The notes: generated from the sequence alone by a model not told the origin. Shown: positions 46,818 to 58,834, numbered from the stretch's first letter. The stretch: 64,000 nt of DNA from Macrostomum lignano (GCA_002269645.1 NIVC01000010.1:248001-312000), one strand, 5' to 3'. Made by a program: numbers and translations.

Positions 46818-49800
46818 TTAATACACCGCCTTGCTGCGCAGCATATCGATGACGCACTGGTTGACTGTCTTTACTTTCTTTGGCGTGGCGGCCCAATTAA
46901 GAGCGCAAGTGGCAACCAACTGCAATTGGTCCTTCGAGATGCATTGACGCAAACAGTTCGCCTGTGGATGACAACTGCAGTTGAAGTCGGACTTATCCAA
47001 CGGTAGCAGCGCAAGCGACTTGATGTTAAAGGGCGTCGAGCTGGCCTCATACCATGGAAGCAGGTTGTGGCAGGGAACTCGGAGCACGGAATCGCCGATT
47101 TCGACGTAGTCAAGCATGCAGACGAGACGGCCATGCACGCCAGTCGTATCGGCATTGGCCATTAAATAACGGTAAGCATCGGAGCAGTACTCCCAGTTGG
47201 CGAATCGCAGCACAGCATAGTCCAGACTCTTGTCCAAATGACACGGGACATAAATGCTCAGAGCGTTTGGCAGAAATGAGGCAAAGTAGTTAACGACGAC
47301 AAGGCCGGATGTGCGCGACGGTTGGAAGCCGCTAACAAAAAGAAACTGAGTCTGCATTTCTTGAGCCGTCTCAAATGAGAGCGGTACCCAGTGAACGAAA
47401 GCGCTGGGTTCAATATTGGGATCTTCCGACATCCTCGCCTGATATTCGACGCTAGTGCTATTTGAGAAGGCCACGAGAGTGCTACTAGCTTTAATGATCC
47501 GATTGCGCATTTCTTGGTAAGATGGCTCGGCCTCAGTGAATACGACACACTTCTGCAGACCGAATTGGTTTGATGGTAGCTGATAGATAAGCAACTGGTC
47601 CACGCGAACTAGAGCCTTCATAATTGCCGTCTCAATTCGCTGGTCAGAGAATCCTTGCTTCAAATTAGAAATGAACCAATGGCGAATAGGCGAACTGACT
47701 ATCCGATAGTTTTTACCCCTTGGAAGAGGTTTGCGGCTCACCATTTCGCCTGTCAAGATCCACTTCAATCGGTAGGCAATGCCGGGAACAACTACACCAT
47801 GTTCCGAACAGTTGATGCTACTGAATGCCAAATCTTCATTGCCTAGCAGCGAGTAGAAATTCCTTACTGACTCGCCATCTTTAAATATCGCTTTATCTGG
47901 ATCGAATAGCAGTTCAGCGGTTCGCACAACCAAAGCCGTCGAAGCTTTTACCGGATCAATGTTAAAAGCTCCAAGCGTGTTCGTGATGCGCTCTACTAAA
48001 TTATGTAATGATGGCTGGTGTGTGACGCGAAGAAAGTCTTTCGTTGGATGACAGTTACATGGCGGCACGAAGCCAGCGGATTCAGCTTTGGCAGCTCCTG
48101 AACCTTTCGGGATTGTCTGCACCCAATAGAGAAAGTCGTGGCTCGGCAAACGAAGGCGACCATCGACTAAGCTTAAATAATCATACTGGCACACGTAGTG
48201 AGCGCTGGATGCTCCACCACGGAACTGCATCGCCATGTAGGTCTGCAAGCATTCAGCGTATGTCTTGAATTTAATAATTGCGTATGTCTGTGCCTTTACC
48301 GTGACCATGTGAAAGCAATCTGCCTGTGCGAATCGAGTCTTTAGATAAGTATCAACATGCTGGCTGGTGCATGACTGCACATTTGTTAATAGCAGGAACT
48401 CGCACTGGAGCTTTTCTGCTGATGAAGAACTAAGCGGCACCCAGAAAGCACTGTTAGGATGCTTTTGGCGATCAGGATGCGGACTCTCAGCATGCAAGCA
48501 CTCAAACGATAGTCTAGAACTGCTTAGTACACCAGACAGACCTAAGCTGTTACTGAGGGTCTGAAGACGCGAATGTATAGTCCTGTAGTCTGGTGTTCGC
48601 TCAGTGAAAATCACGCGTTTTCTAATATTCTCTTTTTCGTCCAGGTAGGGAAGCACAAGAACTTGATCAACGTTATCTAAACAGCCGATGACGCCATCTC
48701 TGATTCGCTCATCTTCCAACTCAGCTTTAAACGGGCTAAGAACCCAATGCCTAATTGGGCTATTGACTACAAAAGCTTTAAGGCTGTTTTGGACTGGCTT
48801 GTTTTCTGTTTTCAAGGTCGGTCTAAACGGGCCGTCGTGAGCCCAAATTTGCAGCAGCTCTGATCCGCTAACATAAATAGTGCCTTTTGAGAACAACGTT
48901 GGCTCGGTATAAGCGCTCGCCATCGCTGAATTAGCGACTCTGCCACTGAATCCAGGCATGTTTGTACCGGCTTCCGAATTAGTGACAGTCGGCCCCAAAA
49001 CAGGCAACAGCTCGTCCGACTCGCTATCAGATGAGTCTCGAAACGGCGAAGCAGGTGGTAGCAGCTTTTCACTGCGAAATGCGTTGTCCATATCGTCAGT
49101 AGTTACAGCTGCATCACTTGACACGGTTCGTTTAGCACTGTCGTGATCATGCTCAAAGAAATCAGACGAAGCAGGACGTTTGTTGGGACGCATCTTGGCG
49201 CTACCGTCACTGCTTTGGATAGAGAACGACACAGTAGGGGCCAAGGAAAACTGAGGCTCAAAGTCTAGAGTGCTACGGCCTAATCTGGTATCCTCAGAAT
49301 AGAACGGTGGCTCTCCTTTCTCCACCCACAGATAGTTGATTTCTACTCCAAGCGTGCTTGCTAAGGTTTCTAGCTGCTTCGGTTGCATCCAGGACACTCG
49401 CTCGACGAAGCAGCAGCCAGCCGCGAATTCTGCGCTAGCATTAGGCGAAAAGTAAATCTGATCTCTGGGAATTGGGACAGAGCTTAGAAAGCGTTCCTTG
49501 TTTTCGGGCAAATTGTACATAAGAATTAAGTCGAGCCGTTCAGCATTCGTTGGAGCGCAACCACTGCTAGTCTCAAGGTAGAGAATCTTAATCTTTGCGC
49601 CTGTCTTGTTAACTGTGTTTAAAAGCAGCATAAGACGCAATTCTGGCATCACGTCGCAAAGAACGAACTTCCATGGACCGTTACACGGCTTATCAGCGAG
49701 CGGATATTCTGCAAGAACACTTTGAATATAAATACCAAGGCAGCCAGCAACTTCTGCTGCCATGGATTCTGTGTTTACATCGTAGATGTAGATAAAGTCC

Positions 49801-49853
49801 GACCTAATCAATTGAACCCGCTCCGACACCAGTCTCGGGTCGGGCAGAGCCAT
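46818..49853 (-). CDS. Intronless 1011-aa uncharacterised protein with an internal duplicated module (period 356 aa) and RRM-like motifs
   Basis: 3-kb stop-free ORF in stop-rich DNA; internal repeat SPIRHW..VDQ..V.FTE..P.Y..WVPLS..FL....YA...F..CxCHP. Confidence 0.88.
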   Translation of the reverse strand: MALPDPRLVSERVQLIRSDFIYIYDVNTESMAAEVAGCLGIYIQSVLAEYPLADKPCNGPWKFVLCDVMPELRLMLLLNTVNKTGAKIKILYLETSSGCAPTNAERLDLILMYNLPENKERFLSSVPIPRDQIYFSPNASAEFAAGCCFVERVSWMQPKQLETLASTLGVEINYLWVEKGEPPFYSEDTRLGRSTLDFEPQFSLAPTVSFSIQSSDGSAKMRPNKRPASSDFFEHDHDSAKRTVSSDAAVTTDDMDNAFRSEKLLPPASPFRDSSDSESDELLPVLGPTVTNSEAGTNMPGFSGRVANSAMASAYTEPTLFSKGTIYVSGSELLQIWAHDGPFRPTLKTENKPVQNSLKAFVVNSPIRHWVLSPFKAELEDERIRDGVIGCLDNVDQVLVLPYLDEKENIRKRVIFTERTPDYRTIHSRLQTLSNSLGLSGVLSSSRLSFECLHAESPHPDRQKHPNSAFWVPLSSSSAEKLQCEFLLLTNVQSCTSQHVDTYLKTRFAQADCFHMVTVKAQTYAIIKFKTYAECLQTYMAMQFRGGASSAHYVCQYDYLSLVDGRLRLPSHDFLYWVQTIPKGSGAAKAESAGFVPPCNCHPTKDFLRVTHQPSLHNLVERITNTLGAFNIDPVKASTALVVRTAELLFDPDKAIFKDGESVRNFYSLLGNEDLAFSSINCSEHGVVVPGIAYRLKWILTGEMVSRKPLPRGKNYRIVSSPIRHWFISNLKQGFSDQRIETAIMKALVRVDQLLIYQLPSNQFGLQKCVVFTEAEPSYQEMRNRIIKASSTLVAFSNSTSVEYQARMSEDPNIEPSAFVHWVPLSFETAQEMQTQFLFVSGFQPSRTSGLVVVNYFASFLPNALSIYVPCHLDKSLDYAVLRFANWEYCSDAYRYLMANADTTGVHGRLVCMLDYVEIGDSVLRVPCHNLLPWYEASSTPFNIKSLALLPLDKSDFNCSCHPQANCLRQCISKDQLQLVATCALNWAATPKKVKTVNQCVIDMLRSKAVY

Positions 49854-52023
49854 TTCAATTGTTGAAGGTATCCGACTCTGGGAGCAAGCCTTTCTGAAAT
49901 GTTGTTTTCAGGTTTTGAGAAATAACGTTAGATATGAGACTTCGAATGTGAAAAGTAATTCTTAAAACCATGTATTTAATCACGCTTACTATACGAGCTA
50001 TCTACGAGCGTATTGATCTACATGTAGCTAAAATATATGCCTAAGCCAGCGCTTTTTCCTATAGACCCGCTGACATCTAAAATATCTGCTACTATAAACT
50101 ACATTGAATAGAGAAATGAATCTAACGACACCAATTTTTACATCTGCTTGCTGCAGGCTGCATAAAATATGATTACAAAAACAAGAGGGGAGCTTAAACA
50201 TTTAATTTTACGATAAAATTTTACCGACTTTGTTAATGATTCCAAGAACAGAATATGTGATTATCGCTTTAATATTTATCTGACCATATTGGCGAAAGCT
50301 TCTGGCATCATCTGCCTTGCCGGGACTGTTCAGGAGAGGTCAAGCAAGGACCCGGAGATACGTAGACTGCATCCTGAGCGACGCTGGGGCGCCTGGCACC
50401 GTCAATGGGTCGGGCTTCGTCCACTCGCTAGTGCTTCGGCGTGCCATCTGACGCTCCTTCCACTGACTTACTGGGGGACGGCGTTCTTCGAGTTTACCTG
50501 GTCAACTTTAAGTGAAATAAAATTCTTGGCAGAGACGATATATGGATCCAAGGATGGAACACTTCTATCTAGCTTGTACGCTCATACTTTGTAAAGGAAA
50601 AACACGCTATAACTTGAGAACGGCGAAGTAACATTGAGATTGATAAGTTATTCATCCAGTCAGCCAATTTGGTCCCAGTCAAAGTCCATAGAAAGCGTAT
50701 TTAATGACCGAGAATGGATCGTAGAAGCGACTGTAAGCGTTGATTCGACCTGAGAAATTCGTGGTTACTGCTGATCATTGAAACTTTGTAGAAGTGACTT
50801 GTGGAAATTTACCAGTAGGACATCTAAATGCATTAGAGCTGGTAAACTAAGAGTATGTTATTAGAAATCTGAAAATTTTGAATAATTCTACAAAAGGATG
50901 TTTCAATAAGTACATCAGCAGCTTAAAAAATAACATTTTACTCTCTTAAGTGTCTAGCCTTCACTGAGCCTTGAAACAGATTGCAAGTTAATAAAAAAGC
51001 TCACAAAAAGGGGTTGATTTAGCATATTTTATTTTTTATATTATGCAAGCATGTGCTTGGAAAATGTACAGTTTAAAAGGCAATCTCTAATATATGATAT
51101 TTTGATCATAAGTAACGAATACATATATAAGTATATAAGCATAGACACAGACTTCTCCAGTCAAATGACCACCAAAAGTTGGCGTTGTTCTAGGCGGTGC
51201 ATTAAGATCCCTCATTGTGGTGCTGGACTGTAGCATTCCATCTTCAATCCAAGCAGAGTGAGCCACGCGCGGCATTCTATTCACCATGCTGGTTTGGCCA
51301 GTTCCATCGACTCCAGCTGATAGGCCAAAGCACCCACGCAGAATCTTGAATGTGCGGCCCACTATGTAGGAGTTGCTTATTCTGTCTGCGAACTGTCAAG
51401 CCAAAGTCAACTGAATTGATAACAACTCTATGCTTAATCATATTCAGGAAGTCCTGCTGTTGATCTTGAAAGGTCTAATTCTAGCGGCATAGCAAAGCCA
51501 AAGGTCAATATGTGAATGTGTGAACTGTTTGCACACTGAGTTCAATGCTGGAGCATCCATCAATTTACAATGCAAGTGGGTAACCAAAAACTGCATAACT
51601 TAGTTAATCAGCTTAACTAAAGCAATCAGCTTACTGAAGTTCACCAACAATATAGTGTATATGTACCAACTGGGCTGAAAAACTGAATTGATAAGAGCTA
51701 CAAAAACAAATGAAGATTATAGAACTTGAGAAAAATACTTTTAAGTTAAATAATTTATATGTTAGCACATGTACAGCTTGCAATTTAAAGATTTAGAACA
51801 ATTCTTGTAAATGAAAGCAAGCTAAATACTACAAAATATTTTATTTTCCTAGCGTGCTAAATGCTAGTTAATGCAAAATAAAAAACACATAGACTTGTTA
51901 GAAATCAATAAAGATGCTAACAAGTATATTTCTGAGCTTCAGAAGAGAAGCAAGAAGCAGAACACTTGTGCATCTCAAAGTGTAAAGTCTTAAGCAAAAA
52001 TGCTACATGTTTTTTGTCTCTAA

Positions 52024-52203
52024 CTAAGCAGCTCTTTTCTGCAGGGTCTCTTCATATAATTTCTGTCGCTCAATGTCAGCCAAAACACCTTGCTTAACAG
52101 CATCGCGCTCAGACTTTTGAGTCCACAGCACAAAGCTAACTGAGAAGCCAGTAAATGCCAATGATGCTAGAAAAGTCAGCTTAGAGGCACGCGATGCAGA
52201 CAT
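52024..52203 (-). CDS. PET117: Cytochrome c oxidase assembly factor PET117 (59 aa; an in-frame ATG at 52218 would add 5 aa)
   Basis: MSASRASKLTFLASLAFTGFSVSFVLWTQKSERDAVKQGVLADIERQK matches the PET117 pattern: SK, a TM segment, then Q..ER..GV..DIERQ. Confidence 0.88.
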   Translation of the reverse strand: MSASRASKLTFLASLAFTGFSVSFVLWTQKSERDAVKQGVLADIERQKLYEETLQKRAA

Positions 52204-52709
52204 CAAGTAGTTTAGCATCTTGAACAGTAAAAACAATAGCAATAAATATTCTGAAAATTTTTTTAAGAAGTTGAAATATAGATAAGTCAACAACATTATT
52301 TCATATACTAGGCCATACTCAATCATTTTCTTTATACTATTCCATCATTATAAAGAGCAAATAGAGATTACAAGTATATTTTAGGTTTTACAAGCTTAAA
52401 CAAGCTTATTTAAACATAAAATGCTTTAACAATAAATTCACTATATTTTACTTTTCACTCAATTTTGCCACTGTTGTCTTAATATCAAAAATCAACTTGG
52501 TATAATACCAAGTGCACAATGAATTTTTGATCAGGCAGCACTTTTCAGTCATGGCAAACAAATTCTATGCTGAATTGACTTAATTTGACTTATATATTAT
52601 GCATAAATGACAATGAGTACTTTCTCAAGGCTTGAAACATATTTACAGTAGCTAATAATAGTTACATAGATATTAGACTATACTGAAATGGGAAATAACT
52701 GTTTATAGT

Positions 52710-53600
52710 GTAGTGAGCCACTAGTTTATGGTTAGGTGTTGCTCTTGTCAGCTGTTCCCTTGCCCTTGCCCAGGGTTGCTATCTGCTGCTGGTCAGCTTT
52801 CCATCCCCCTTTTGTTTGCCTGTTGTGCCCGTGCCCTTTTCTGCCTTGCTGCATCTCTGTTTGCAGCCTTCAGCCTCTTGGCTGTGGGCTATCTCTGTTT
52901 CATCCCTGTCCCATTTTCCTCTGTCATGTGACTCTTGCGTTCTTAGAGTCTTAAAGTGTAGTAAACTTGTTTACTGCACTCATTGGCCCTGTTTACTAGG
53001 AGAATCACATGCTTTTGGACCCCTCTTCTCTAAGAAGAGTGACTCATGTTGCTAAAAATAGTAACTGAGTCAGCCACATGTACTCTGGCCAGAGACCTCA
53101 AGTGATGTCAGTTCTAAAAATAGAATGAGTCACGAGTTCTTATGTGCACTGAGACCCTGCCCCAAAACCTCAAGTGACGTCAGTTCTAAAAATAGAAATA
53201 GGCCTAGTCACAAGGTCTTGTGCACGGGAGAATTGCAGCTATAAATAGGACCCTTCTCCTCATTGTTTCTATCAAAGAGTCTTTGTTGGAGTCTTTGCTT
53301 GCCTCTAAACTTCTAAGAGCCCGTGTGAATTTTTGACTAAACTAATTGCCCTTTACGTACACTGAATCTGCTTATACTGGTTTGACTGAGACCCCACTAA
53401 AGCCCAACCTCAAGCCTACGTCTACGAGAGGCTAACTCAGCCCCCCTATACCAACCAAGCCTGGCAAATACTGCTGATGAAATGCCTTTACGTTGAGCTG
53501 CAAATCTATACCCGGTGCTGTGTTTGTTGACTTTGTTATTTTATTCTAACGGGAAGCTCACCTCACTGAAGGCCGAGACCTAAAGGAACTGGTGGCAGCA
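52710..53600 (+). mobile_element. Possible degraded LTR followed by a PBS-like TGGTGGCAGC
   Basis: Internal duplication CTCAAGTGA(T/C)GTCAGTTCTAAAAATAGAA, a TATAAATA box, and PBS-like sequence at about 53590; no partner LTR or TSD found. Confidence 0.3.
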
Positions 53601-54359
53601 CTACCTACGCTAGTAAAAGTTAAGAGAACTTCCCACTAAAGAGGCTCGAGTCTTAAGGTAATCTTAAGTGCCTACCAGGAAGCAAATAACATTCTACTTC
53701 AATAGCCTTGGATCACTAATAAAATTATACTTAAAATAATATAAAGCCATATCTATATGCAAAATTAATATAGAAAAAATAGACATTACTAAAAAGAGTA
53801 GATATGCTTACTTTTTACAAATTAAATTGTGAGACAAAGGCCAAAATTGCATTTGATAATTCCTATCAAAAATATAAATATAGATTTGCATCTTATTTAG
53901 ACTAGGCCTAACCTATTATATTAATGTTATGCTTTTTTTCTATGTTTTAGTAATTATCAGTTCAATGATTATTCTAAATTGTACTTTTCCCTTTTTCTTT
54001 TCTTCTATTTCTTTAGGCCTAAAGTTTAATCTAAACTATTGCCTTTTTTTCCTAGACTAGGCCTACTCTTGTTTCTTCTATCATTTTCTCTAGGGTACTG
54101 TCTTTTTCTATTTCCTTATCTCTTAGGCCTATCTGTTTGAAACTTGAGTCAATTTATTTGCACCTTAGTGCCTATATAGTGCAACCTTTACTATATATCT
54201 TTACTCTACTCTCTCTAACATCAATCATCAAATCTAGGCCTATAAAATATGCAATACAAAATCTGCTGCTATGCTGCATTGTTTGTCACTACTCACTATT
54301 TTGATTGTTGCCAGATTGTTTGTCACTACTTTGTTGCCAAATTGTTTGTCATTGTCACT

Positions 54360-54395
54360 CAGGGTTTTCTTTTCGTCAGAGACAAGGTGCTAAAT
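54360..54395 (+). mobile_element. Terminal fragment of the 17544-20160 hAT-like family
   Basis: CAGGGTTTTCTTTTCGTCAGAGACAAGGTGC versus CTGGGTTTTTTTTTTCGCCAGAGATAAGGTGC. Confidence 0.6.
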
Positions 54396-57131
54396 TAATA
54401 TTGGCTTGTACAATTGAAAAACTCAGGAGCAATTTGCTATTGACAAGAATATCTATTGCCCTCGCCATGGGTTTACGCTAGGGCCACAATTTACATTATT
54501 CATCATCGTGCTAATTGTCAAGTCATTATATATTTTTTTGCATTTAGTATCGTATCGTTAATACAATTTAAATTAGATCCACACAATCTCAAAAGAATTT
54601 TGAACTGAATAAAGCAACTTGCAAGTTTGAAAAAAATCAGTTCAGGCAATTCAATTCAAGCTGTAGACTGGAATACCGGACAGACAGACAGACAGGCAAA
54701 CCTTAGGAGATTTAGCATTATAATTTAGTATTTTGTGATTTTGTGATTAGGCAAAGTTCTTTGAAAAATTGTCTTTTTCGAAACTGTGTACTTTTTGTCA
54801 AAACAAAACTAAAAGACGTGCAAATAAATTTTTTTAAATCTTAGTCCTTTTCATTAAAAAGCAGTTAAAAATTTTTTAAAACAAAATATTCTGCAGCGCT
54901 TTGCGTCAAATAGTAGAGTTGTTATTTAATTCAAATTTGAAAACAGTTCATCATCAGGTCTATATAGCAGCTGCACAGTGGAGGACAACCTGGACAAGCA
55001 TATTGGGGTGGCTGACCAAGGGGTGAGGAGTGAGTGAGTGAGTCATCATGCGGAATCATTCCATTTGCATAGTTTGTTATATAAGTTAGCTATGCCCAGG
55101 ACCTAGGCCCCTATGTTAATGAACATTTTAGAATCAGTTTATCTTTGGTAAAAATCAATTAGCGAAAGTTATTTATATCTGTTTTTGATACCTTATCATT
55201 ATCATAAGTAAAAAGAAAATATTACATTCAAGAAAGTTTTTTAAAACCTAATACTAATAAGTTTTCATTTTTAAGAATTAATACTTTTTAGGCCTATTTA
55301 ATATAATTTATTAAATTCATTTTTATTTTAGTATGGCCTATAAATTATAAAAATAAATAGGCCCTATTTTTTACTTTTAAAATAAAACCTCTACTAGGCC
55401 ATTATAAGTATTATAACTAATAGGCCTAGCTTTATTTTAAGCCTTATAGCTATATGCAACTGTGTAATCATAAATGAAAGATCATAGGCCCCTATCTTAA
55501 AAATATAAATTACACTTTTTGTCTATGGCAAAAGGCCTAACCAAGTTTAAATGTGTTTATCAAGTCAAAAATCCACATTATTGTCCATTTCTCCTGCGAT
55601 TTTAGCTAGTTCCACAAAGCTGCCATTCATCAGGATACATTTCTCGCAGTCGTAGCATTGTAACAGTTTGTTAATCCCTCCTCCCAAAAAAATTGATAAC
55701 ATTTTTGGACCTTCCATAGTCTTACTCTTAGTTAGAAAAAATGAGCCACTTTCACAGAATATTCTAGGCCTATGGTTACATCAGTCAGAAATTGCAACTT
55801 TAACCAGCAGTTCTAGGCCCTATGCAGGAATGCAGCTCAAAACTGCAAAATTATTCCCAGGCAACTTTGCCCATAGAAAGCAAAAAGAGTAGGCCCCTAT
55901 GAGAAATAGCCAAATTCAGCAGTAAAAAGTTTCAAAGCCTTCAAATTTTTTTACTTTTTAAGTCTTCGCTATAGATAGAAATCATATAATTTTGAGGCAT
56001 GATCTTGCATTTACAATTACACCGTTTTGTATAGCCATATAAGGCTTAAAATAAAGCTATTAGATATCTATATATGTAAAATTCAGGTTTCAGGTTCATA
56101 TGTTCATCCAATCAAAAGTTATAACAAAATTCTTGTTACTTTTAAAACACCCTTCATAAAAATTGCTTACCAAAATTTGCTTATAGTGCAATTTGCTTGT
56201 GAATTAATTTTCCTATTAGAAAGTTTCCCACCAAGGTTTGTCTATTAATTTTTTCTTGTAGGGGCCTAGCACATTTAGCCATACAATAGATTTTGTCTGC
56301 ATTGCCTCCTCAATGCTTACTTAGTATGTTTTAATAAAAATATTTACTTGATCAAAATGTTTTGATAGTAAGTGCATATCAAATGCATATTTTTGATGGG
56401 GAGAGGCAATATAAACAGAATCTAGCTGCCAAATGGCAGGCAAACTGTAGTGGCCAACAACTTGGCAAGCAATTTGCTTATAGGCAATTAATTCACTTGT
56501 GAGCAAATTGCCCTGCAGGCAAATCTTGGCGCATAATTCTTGGTAGGCAAATCTCTACAAGCAATTTGCCTATAGGCAAAATACATTGCAGACAAATATC
56601 AGTAGGCAATTTGTCAGTGGGTGATTCTCATAGACCTAGAAAGATAGCCTACTACTAGATACTGGAGTCATGATTGTTATGGCTTATGGTTTGGACTAAT
56701 TTGTTATTTCTATTTTGTCTTAGTAGATTTATTGAATAAGTTAGACTGCTACTTGGTTCCTGATTCTTGCGGGATGGGGGCGATTCTTGCAGGCAGACTG
56801 TATTTGAGCCACTGCATTGAATCCTGAACTCATTAAATTAACAGGAAATTCATTTGATTATCAAACTGAGAAAAATAATCTTTTTTAATCCTGCATTTGA
56901 GTTTTTTAATTCTAATATTTAGCAATTAAATAATTGAAACAGGAATCCAAGATAATTTAAATGGTTCTAACAAAGTCTACTAAGATAATTGTCACAGTAC
57001 AAATGGTTTTAAACAATAACTTTCTCTATTATTTCTCATACATGTGCAACCCCCTGATTCACACTGGCCAAGGACTTACTTTTTGACCAAAAATGTGACT
57101 TACCTGTAAAAGAAACCCTAACGCAATTTTG

Positions 57132-57194
57132 GGTAAGCGGCAGGAGTAACTATGACTGTCTTATAAGGGCTAAATGCCTCGTCATCTAATTAGT
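57132..57194 (+). rRNA. Degenerate 28S rRNA fragment of about 63 bp spanning the R2 target site
   Basis: GTAAGCGGCAGGAGTAACTATGACTGTCTTA-taagggct-AAATGCCTCGTCATCTAATTAGT versus canonical GTAAACGGCGGGAGTAACTATGACTCTCTTA-AGGTAGCC-AAATGCCTCGTCATCTAATTAGT. Confidence 0.88.
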
Positions 57195-58056
57195 ACTAGA
57201 TCTGTATTCTTTAGGCTGGGCCTTTTTGCGACTTACCCCTGGTCCACCACAATTTACAGTGGCCAGATCGGCCAGGTTGGCCAGCAGTTGCGCATGTATG
57301 TTATTTCTTATTAGGTGCTTTTTGGGCTAGATTTCCTATTATTGCAATATTAAGCCATGACTCCTCTTGTGCAAGCCTATTGCCTAGGCTATAGTTTGTT
57401 CCCTTTACCTTGAATTACCCTGGTGCCAACTGCTCTTTAGTTATAATGAATCCTAGACGACCAGCTAACCTAATTACTAGCATTTCTACAATTGGAAACT
57501 AGTATCAATAGTGCAATAAACAAATTTCATTGTGTGCTAAACTATGCAGTCTAATAAATATAAATAGTCTAATAGAGTAGTAGCCTAAAAAAATAAGACA
57601 AAAGCTTATATTAGCAGCAATATGAGTAGTTTCAAATTTAAATTTGATATTATTAGCCAGAATATAGCTATGGTAGCACTTTAGAAGTACATAAAAAGGT
57701 CTAAATTTTTTAATTTAAAGTAGTTTATAATAAATATCATAATTTATATACAAAGTACATAGGGTACAATATAGACAGAGTTGAGTAAAAAATCTACTAC
57801 ATCTCTGTTGTCATATTATAATTTGTGCAACTTTTTAAAATTACATCAGCTATGCTGACTTACCTTTGCCTGAAAGCTTGCTTTATTGAGTGTTTTCAAA
57901 AAAGTAAAAAAAATCATCACCTTTGGTTGGCCAGCAGTTGCGCATGTAACTACTATTTATCTTGTCATTACAGATTTTTATTCCAACAAACTAAGTGAAA
58001 GTTTAGACGCTTCAATTATTCTTCTAGAAGCAGCAACAGCAGCAGAAGCGGCGGCC

Positions 58057-58446
58057 ATGGACCAGCGCGAACTCGAACTAGAAGAGGAGGCCAAGTTGCG
58101 CCAGAAATATCCCAATCTAAGCCGGCAAGGCCTTGGCAACTCCGTATTACAGAAGCGATTGAGTCGCGGCGGACCAAAATACTTTGATAGCGGCGACTAC
58201 AACATGGCTAAAGCATCTAGCAAGGCTGCCCTGCCTGCCCTGACCTGCCCCCAGCCCGGGGTCACCGGGGACACCATCCCCAGCCCGGAGACTGTGCCCG
58301 CCATCAAGACGCCCGTGTTTCCAACCGAGGCCAACGCGGCCATCCCAACTGGGCCGCCACAGCAGCCGACTTTTCCCGATTATCATCAGCATCATCAGCA
58401 TCCCCCTGCGGTTGTTGCCGACCTGCCCGTTGGGGTTGCTAAGTGA
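58057..58446 (+). CDS. ENSA: Endosulfine/ARPP-19 family protein (PP2A-B55 inhibitor); an upstream exon is possible (acceptor at 58026-58027)
   Basis: EEEAKLRQKYP...LQKRL....KYFDSGDYNMAKA...TGDTIPSPE, including the Greatwall site FDSGDY. Confidence 0.93.
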   Translation: MDQRELELEEEAKLRQKYPNLSRQGLGNSVLQKRLSRGGPKYFDSGDYNMAKASSKAALPALTCPQPGVTGDTIPSPETVPAIKTPVFPTEANAAIPTGPPQQPTFPDYHQHHQHPPAVVADLPVGVAK

Positions 58447-58834
58447 CATTGGCGTTTGTTTACATTGACTGGCGAAAATTAGAATGGTCCAGTTCGCTTT
58501 GCAATACCAAAAAATGTTTGTTTGCTATCAAATCAATATTAATCTGTGTTGTTGTTTTTTTTGTTTTTTTTACTTATACTACTACTAATCTGCCGCTAAC
58601 AGTAGTATGCCGCGCCTCTAATTTTTTATTGCTTTCTGCTCATTATTGTGCTGTGCTGTCTATCTTGCTTATAATCGTATTGTATAGCTTTTTTTCTAAG
58701 CATGTGAGAATGCTTTTCCATTTTTTGCTGTACCCTTTCGCTAAACAAGTTAAATGAGATTTATTTATATAGGTTTGTTCTGCTAATTAATTTTTGTATA
58801 GACCATCTCGGAATTCTGTTAACTTTAGGATTTA

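Noticed and set aside
50289-51362. Coding exons between the 1011-aa gene and PET117 (ORFs 50289-50594, 51087-51362)
   Set aside because: GC-elevated but with no recognisable domain, paralog or consistent splice sites; left uncalled
54360-57120. Complete hAT element from CAGGGTTTTC to GAAACCCTA
   Set aside because: The flanking 8-mers (TTGTCACT versus ACGCAATT) do not match, so the boundaries are unsupported
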